Part shown: in pieces, positions 55,415-64,000 of the stretch
Numbering within the stretch: the first letter of the stretch is position 1
Layout: each line of letters starts with the position of its first letter
Assembly: GCA_951406725.2 (NCBI GenBank)
Contig: OX597822.1
Location: 12,090,001 to 12,154,000 of the forward strand
Direction: 5' to 3'
DNA from: Octopus vulgaris
Lineage: Eukaryota
Length of the DNA: 64,000 bases
Notes under the pieces: model-generated
Told to the model about the DNA's origin: nothing
What the model saw: the letters and a program-made list of their open reading frames with translations, nothing else
The model's database searches: none
Program-made: the position numbers and the translations under genes

Positions 55415-55846
55415 TAGTGTTTCCCAACGTGGAGCGTGGGGAAATTGGAGTGGGGCATGCGTTAGCGTGGGTTGTGAAATTTTTGCAAGTGACTTGAGCG
55501 CACACTTGTCGATCCTAAGCCTATCTTTGAACAATGAAATGAAGAAATACAATATTGCCATGTAATATTTATATTTAAACCACGAGAATTGATGTAGCTA
55601 TGACCAATCATCATACCGGGTGAGGTATCTGCATTTGTTAGGCGCTTATTTCTCTGTTTCAATATCTATTGTCCAGTGTCAAGCGTTTATAAAAGCAATA
55701 GTGAACTCCGCTTGCTATTGAGTCGAGGTATCCGTCAGCTTGGTACTTGAACTGAAGATCGTGTTGCTATCTTAAAAAAAGAATGTTGATGGGTACCAGA
55801 TTTTTTTAAAAAGTGGAGTACCGGAAAAAATGGTTGGGAAACACTA
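55415..55846. mobile_element. hAT-like MITE
   Basis: Perfect 14-bp TIR TAGTGTTTCCCAAC; an 8-bp TSD is not clearly preserved. Confidence 0.7.
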
Positions 55847-56294
55847 GTCGTAAGGATGAGTAAAACGCTTTCCACACTTAGTTTCTTAAACACTTCTTCA
55901 CACTTACATCTCACATTTCACCGTACTCCTCGCAACCTATGTTCTCCTTCAACGCTTATCTTCCAACATCATGCGTTCTCACATTTTGATATACACAACT
56001 TCACAGTGCCCAAATAATAATCCCAAACCCTTCGATATATTCTGTCCCCACACACCAACGTTAATATATTTTCACGTCTGTGCTCCTCTATCCGCATAAA
56101 TACATCATAATAAAACATACATAAACAACACTAACTTTTATGGCCCTTTCAGACAGAGATACACTCTGATACATACAGCTATACGTTGACAGCTGTGTCT
56201 CATCATAACGTTCCTAAAACATTAATAGACTGGGTTTCTAACCCTTCAGCTTTCTTCTGCGTTCTATTTATTCCTTATGCTTCTCTTTATTCTC

Positions 56295-56330
56295 TATCCG
56301 ATGAAGTACTATCATCCGAAATGTCTAGGT
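56295..56330 (+). ncRNA. Degenerate minimal hammerhead motif in a PLE-like tail
   Basis: CCGATGAAG..CGAAATGTC after a C/A-rich tract, resembling 23586-23613. Confidence 0.4.
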
Positions 56331-56416
56331 GCTCTCTTCCTCAGCCTGCACTCATAAACTAACACCATATTCATCAAGCTGTTTCACCAGTTTTTTTCTT
56401 GTTTACAGTTCTTACA

Positions 56417-56490
<74 letters not shown>

Positions 56491-56492
56491 TC

Positions 56493-56522
<30 letters not shown>

Positions 56523-56523
<1 letters not shown>

Positions 56524-57655
56524 CCCGGCTCTCCTTAGACGACGATGAACAGGTGTGGTCGCCGTTAGTGAGGCGCGCTTTCCTGCAGCTCGTCTCCATG
56601 ACCGAAATGCAGTCGTGGATCAAAAAGAGGCCGAGGAAGAGCGATTGGCACTGCGAGTGTCGCGTTGCTCTCAAGCAACTATGCCGTCCCGGGTCGACCT
56701 TGAGCGACTGCAACACAACCAAAGCATTCTATAGGGGATTAGTGGAGAGGAGGTACGACGACGATCTCGTGGTGAACCTAGGCGTCGCCGAGGAATACTT
56801 GACCCGCCTGTTCAAGACGACTTTCGGGCCGGGATCTATGGACAACTTCCCGAGCTCCCTGGCATAACAGTGCTATCGAGAAGCGCTACCCGTTCGGGAT
56901 AAGCTCTACAGGCATGACTCGAGAAAGACAAGGCCGACTTACCCGAGATGCTGTCAGATCGACGAAACCGTTCTGCACGCCCTCGTACAGTCTCCAACCA
57001 TTTCCGACCTGTGGGCCTATGTCGAACGACTGCTATCTCGTGTGGGACGAGTTGATTTATCGACCGAGTCTATCGTTAATATTGTCGTGCCTCCTTCCTG
57101 GAAACGGGAAGGAGGAGCCATTTTCATCGCACTTGTGGCAATGACGAAAGAATGTGTATGGTGGACGAGTCTGAAAGGTCCAGAGACAAACACTTTCCTC
57201 TCTGGTCAATCTCTCATCAACTTCTTCAAGTGATACTTGAAGAAGAAAATGAGAGTAGAGAGGGAAGTTTTGTCTAGTGAATTTTTAAAAAAAACATGTA
57301 GCAAGGATGGCACGTGTGAATGACAGAGCCACCTTCAGCATAATCCTATGAACCAGAAACAGAAAGAGGAAAAGATAGTCAGTTACTGTAATGTATTTTT
57401 AGCATGACATTATTGCCCGAGGTTACCGCGGTCTTTTCCGTAGGCATTTCTTTCCACGGATAAACCTAATCTATTTTCCATTTTTCACATTTCTATGATA
57501 CACGATACCTATTGATCGGCTTCCTCCACTTTTTTATTTTTTCATGATCCCTTTTGATCGAAATTCTACTCCTTTTTTCTTTCCTTCCCAAAAGGAAAAG
57601 CTCTACTTTCTATTTTGTCTCCTCTGTGTTCAGTCCTGTGTGGCCAATAAAGAAA
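56523..57655 (+). mobile_element. Tx1/L1-clade LINE 3' fragment inserted in (CTAT)n
   Basis: ALPVRDKLYRH..YPRCCQIDETVLHALVQ..LWAYVERLL (L1/Tx1 C-terminal zinc knuckle region); T-rich 3' UTR, CCAATAAAGAAA end. Confidence 0.75.
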
Positions 57656-57680
57656 CATATGTACCTACCTATCTATCTAC

Positions 57681-57796
<116 letters not shown>

Positions 57797-57804
57797 TCGT
57801 CCTG

Positions 57805-58130
57805 GTTATTGGAGGGATGATTTAGTCGAATAAATCGGTATCAGTGTTTTTTTTTAAAATATAGTAATTTTTTTCGCAATCTCTTTTACCAAGCCTCTAC
57901 ATTACAGGGATGTAAACAAAGCAAAACCGGTTATCAAGCAGTGGAGAGAGAGAAGCACAAGCACCAATTCACTCCAATATATATGTGAATACGACAGGTT
58001 TCCACACAGTTTCCGTATAACAAATTCACTCACAAGGCTTCTGTCGGCCCGGGGCTATCGTAGGACCGCGAAACTGAACCAGAAAGTATGTCTTTGCGAA
58101 TCAAGCTTCATAATCACGTATCGGGTGCCT
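57805..58130 (-). mobile_element. SINE family A, old
   Basis: cagtttccgtataacaaattcactcacaaggc homology. Confidence 0.7.
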
Positions 58131-58811
58131 TTACCTATCTATAGATATTTCTTACAGTGTGGTATTTCGCTGAAAGAAAATAATTTAAGGACCCAGTAAT
58201 TTAATAACTGCATATTAAATACAATGATCATGAAATCAGTGAAAGGACTTTGAAGGCTAGAAGACACTCTCAGCCCTATTTGTAATTATACAGCGATATA
58301 CCTCATGGCCAATCCAATTTCAACACCCACCAACATCATTGCTTAGAAATACAACATCAACGGCATCATAACCGCATCTACAAGCATCAACACCGCAGCC
58401 AAAACCACCCACCAACACCACCAGCACCAGCAATATCACCAGCATCACCACCGCCAGCGCCGCCACCGCTGCACCTTCTCTGGTCATTTTCAGTAAACGT
58501 CATTTAATTAGAGCACCGCCTCATCATCAATATATTGATAATAAAGTTTTATTGACAGGAATGCGTCTATTGAATTTCTTCGATTGACTTAATGGTGGCT
58601 TTTAATTCCATGTGCATACGCATACAGGTATACTTACATATATGCATACATACATATATACATACATACGTACATACATACATATATGTATACATACATG
58701 TATGTATGTATGTCATCATTCAGTTTTATTTCTTGCCAATAGAGATAGAGCCGGTTTCTAACCAAGATCCAAGGCTCCTCCTTTAGAAATGTATGTATGT
58801 ATGTATGTATG

Positions 58812-58845
<34 letters not shown>

Positions 58846-58954
58846 TGTATGTATGTATGTATGCATTCGCTTGTCTGTCGGTCTATCTAACTATCTATCT
58901 ATCTATTATCTTATCTCTATTCATTACTATTGAGTTAGTAGGTATATATGCATA

Positions 58955-59029
<75 letters not shown>

Positions 59030-60117
59030 ATACATACATATATTAATACAAGCAGGTAATACAATGATATATTAATATATTAAGATATATCAAACATAAT
59101 ATGAGTGGCACGCTAGTAATTAAAAACCAAAAGGGAATTATTAATAAATGAAGGATGTAAAATAGCACTAACGATTGCTACAAATTAGAGTAAAAAATTA
59201 ACTCTGAAAGCCACAAAATCACTAACCTCTGACATATACGGGACGCAGGCAGAGCAAACTAAAATGATCTTTCCCCTGGGAGACACATAAAAAGAAATGG
59301 CTGGACAAGGCTTTATCACGTGATTTCGAAATTTTGTCAATAAGGTCTCTGAAGGGAACCATGGTTTCAATTTCCGGACCGGGTAGTGTGTTGTATTCTA
59401 GAGCCAAACACTTCATGTCACTTTGCACTGTAATCAAGTCGACGCTTGATGTGTGCTACGCCGTTCATCTCTTCAGGCAACGACTATTTGACAAAGGGCG
59501 GGAGCTAAAGAACAGTCTGTACATTTGATCATTATAACCACATAATTTGTGCGGTTTGCTGCGAAAGAAACTGAACAACCGTCATTCTCGGATTGCGAGA
59601 GTGTGCCGACATTTTTTATGTATGTCGATATGTTTATGTGTGTCCGTATGTTAATAAACCGATCATTCATCAATATCTCATATATTCAGGTAAATTTGCT
59701 GTTCTAGCTACAACTACATACTTATGATCTCAATATAAATCAATACTTACCTATATACTGCAAGCATACAAATATGCATATATATGTGCATCGACACATA
59801 CCTACATGCACACTTACACACATATATATATATATGCATACACAGACTCACATACACATACAATCATATGTATGTATATATTCATACATTATATATATAT
59901 ACATATACAAATTGCATATATATATATATATAAATATCAATATGCGTATGTATTTACACGCATATAGATGGATATGTGCGTGTATACATATATGTGTGTG
60001 TATGCATGCATATACATATTTATATATATATATATACATATACGTACATACATGTATCACACCTATCTATGCATATACATACGTATCTATCTATCTATCT
60101 CTTCATATATATATATT

Positions 60118-60186
<69 letters not shown>

Positions 60187-60814
60187 ATATAAATTGGAAC
60201 AAAAGTCATGCATTGTTATCGACATGAGTTTTCTCCTGGCTATAGATTCTCATTTGCACCTTTTATCACAGGTGAACTGGACTATGTAACATTAAATTTA
60301 CATAAGCGCCGGAAATGCTACACATTTCTAAGAGAGATCAAAGAACACAGTCTCGCTTCCTCCAAATCCAATTGATCAAGAGAAGAGTAAAAATTTTGAA
60401 ATATTCCATAACTTTTCCATTTGAGTTTCCTGGAATGAATATATGCAAAATTTAGCATGAACATATCGCATAGGTATACATATATATATATATATATACA
60501 TATATATATAACACGGAACCATTTGCACATGTGTATATCGATAGATACAGCGATATGCATTATGTGAGCGGCCATATCCCTGAAATAATCTCTCTCTCTC
60601 TTTCTCTCTCTCTATATATATATAGATATGTACATAAGGTCTCCCACACGTATTCGGAAAGCCTTGGAAGTTACTTGTTTGAAGGAATCGCTGTCAATGT
60701 GTATGTGACCGGTTTGAATTCAGCAGAGCAAATAGTACACAAGTATACACACTCGCACACACACACTCACACACACATAAGCACACATATGTATGTATAT
60801 AAAAACACACACAT

Positions 60815-60864
<50 letters not shown>

Positions 60865-61029
60865 CTGTGTATGTATGTATATATAAATATATATATATAT
60901 TTATATATGCATACATGAGGTCATACGCCAGACCCACACACATGTGTGAATACAATGGGGGAGTAAAAGCAAAAAGTCCTAACACACAGAGATAATGTAC
61001 GAGTGTGTGTGTTTGAGTATATGTATATG

Positions 61030-61067
<38 letters not shown>

Positions 61068-61141
61068 CACAAACACATATAAATGAAATATATATAAATA
61101 TATAAAAATATTCAGATATATATTTATACAAATATACATTT

Positions 61142-61197
<56 letters not shown>

Positions 61198-61562
61198 GTA
61201 CACTTACGTATACATACACATACACACACGGTCATACATTAGAACAAAACAAAGTACGAATTTGTACACGCCTCTCGCTCGTAGGTTTATTGAACTGATG
61301 CAATTAATCAAAATATCTTCGTTTCACGTGACCTCATCGATTCGTAAATCCGCTTTGACATCGACTGTAAACAGGCGAGCGAGCGTTCAGTCTCTGATTT
61401 ATCAAACGACAATACGATTTAAACCCAACCTTCTCAATGGCTTATTTCGATGAAAATCTTTACGTGTCTCTATGTGTTCATATACACACACACACACACA
61501 TATATATATATATGATGATAAATATATATGTATATATATATATATATCATTATGCATAATTG

Positions 61563-61615
<53 letters not shown>

Positions 61616-61801
61616 TATATGATGATAAATCTATATGCATAATTATATATATATATATATATGTGTGTGTGTGCGTGTGTGTGTGTATATATATGTACAT
61701 ATATTATTATGTATATATCTATATCTATGTCTATCTATCTCTTTCTCAATCTGGCTAGCTAGGTAGCTATCTATCTCTCTCTCTCTGTCACACTCTCTCT
61801 C

Positions 61802-61871
<70 letters not shown>

Positions 61872-61892
61872 TAGATAGATAGATAGATAGAT

Positions 61893-61931
<39 letters not shown>

Positions 61932-64000
61932 TACGTATATATATATACACACCTTTGTTTTTCTGTATATATATATATATGCATGCTGTATGTCTCTGCG
62001 TGGGTGCGTTTATTTCTAAGATGTTTGAAATTTTAACATCGCTATATCTAGATATGTATATATATAGAGGAAAGTGCTTCTGTGTGTACGTGTGTGTGTA
62101 TGTGTCTGTGTGTGTGTGTGCGTACGTGTGCTTGCTCGCGCATGTGTGCATGTGTGTGTATACATGTGCATGCATGTATGTGAGCATGTATGTATGTGTA
62201 TGTGCATGTATGCATGTATTTGTGGATGTGAGTGTGTGGAGCATAGATCATTCTAATGTAGGTTCCTTAAAAGAGAAGCTTATATTTCATGCTTAATGCG
62301 AAAGACTTTACAAAGGTCAAGGTCAACCTATGCAAGCTGCTGGTATTGAAGAACAAACACCCATACTCCCTCACACGCATGCCTACTGTGAAACTGAGAG
62401 TGAGTTATGTGCAGCTATATATACAGGTGTGTATATGGCTGTATATATACATGTGCCTTTGTGTGCCTGTATATACATGTGTTTGCATGCATTTACATGA
62501 ATATATGTATGTATATATATGAGAAATATGATGGGTTTAGTTCACTGGCGATCTAAACCAATAGGTACGTTTCGTGATTGTTATAATTGGTCATCCGTTA
62601 GGTTCCAAGTTCACGGCTGACGCTGGAGGTAGAGACCCGTTGTAGGATTCCGATTCAGGAGATATATATTAAAAGTAAAAGGAAAATAAAAGCAAGGTAG
62701 GACGAGCATCTCAGTTCATCGTATACATAAATGTCAATCTTGCTGCGTATGCTAGTGAACCAATCTTGACGAAACTTTGCATACATGTTCAACTAACATC
62801 CAGATCAATTATAAGCTAATTGAATTTCAATAAAAATCTATAATGGGCCTCCTAGTTGGGTTGGGGAATTATTTGCTAAAATGAGAAGGGTGCAAACAGC
62901 GTTTGCGTGAGGGAAATGTGGTTGCATAGTGAGTGTGGTTGATATCAGTGTAGGTGAGAACAGCGCTGTGTAAGCGACAAATATGGAATGACAGTGGGGT
63001 GAAAACATTAATACAGCTGTCATTCACGGATATACACGCGACGCTACATACATACTTTCGTAAATACATAGATACATGCATACACACACACATACACTGC
63101 ACACACACACGCATGCACATACACATAACTAACTTTTAAAACACTGAGGGAGGGAAAGAAAGGTGGGTGTGAGGAATTCGTAGCTTTAAGGAGAGATGGG
63201 GTAGGTAACTATTCTGCTTTTCAGAAAGACACAGACGGACAGACACACACATACATATAAATAGATACATATGTACATGCATACTGACTTGTATCTACCA
63301 TACAACATTTTAAATTCGTGATTACCTGTGTGTACCTTTGTAAATGTGCGAGTGTGTGTATGTGCTTCAGTGTGTGTGTATATTTGTGAGCGTGTGCGCA
63401 CGTGTGTGGGTCAGGTGCTGTAATTGTCTGTGTGTTTATTTTTAGAGTATTTCCTGTTGCTGACACATATTGTGAAATTTTAAAATTACCTCAACATTTT
63501 CAAATTTGGTATATTGAAAATTTGCGCTTGTTATTAACTTGTTCGGAAGAATTGTAGAAAAATGTTACTGAGGTTTAAAGTTTAATCAATTTTACCTAAA
63601 CAGAAAACAGGATTTGGAAGCTGGCATTTTCTGCATGATAGCTGTCTATCACAAAATGAAAGCGAAATCATTAGGAAGAGGAATTTGTTTTTATTAAACA
63701 AACGAAAGCAAACGCATTACAACGACCAAAAATTGTAAGAACTTCTGAAGTTTTAAGGAATTAAGTCATGTGAAACGGTCGAACAGATACGCAGATATTT
63801 TAAAAGGAAAAAACATCACCAACGAAGTTTTTTGCGAAAAATTTCACAAATCTGTTCTGATCAAGACACCTTTCTGTTGGGGAAAGCATGATCTGACATG
63901 GAATAAGCAAACATTTATATAAGTCTTTTAATTGTAAAAATTGCCCGCCTCGACGAGATTTTCAGCTAGTTGAGAATATTTAATTAAAGTAATGTGAATC

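Noticed and set aside
58320-58475. His/Pro/Thr-rich stretch resembling an exon
   Set aside because: Decayed (CAC/CAN)n trinucleotide repeat without a sustained ORF or credible splice context.
62720-62830. HINE/Helitron core-like motif (also 2370-2460)
   Set aside because: Too short and lacking termini to delimit as a feature.

Overview
AT-rich eukaryotic non-coding DNA, very rich in microsatellites ((TA)n, (CA)n, (TAA)n, (CTAT)n). The SINE set resembles Octopus/cephalopod repeats; this is recognition from memory, not a database result. I found no host gene, intact tRNA or rRNA. Nearly all long ORFs in the track are translated microsatellite. The window is a mosaic of decayed mobile elements: three tRNA-derived SINE families, Dong/R4-type (RLE), RTE, CR1-group and Tx1/L1 non-LTR fragments, a Penelope-like element (RT + GIY-YIG), two mariner relics, a Merlin/IS1595-type relic, a hAT-like MITE, Helitron/HINE elements, and several fold-back (inverted arm + tail) mini-elements. 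The strongest unexplained signal is a hammerhead-ribozyme-like motif with rearranged (non-circularly permuted, pseudoknotted) strand order, NUH-stemI-GAAA/stemIII-stemI'-CUGANGA. It occurs in three dispersed repeats (5641, 18046, and 47907 on the minus strand) with compensatory base changes and conserved spacing, alongside several ordinary minimal PLE-type hammerheads. Stem II of the rearranged motif is unresolved and activity is untested.
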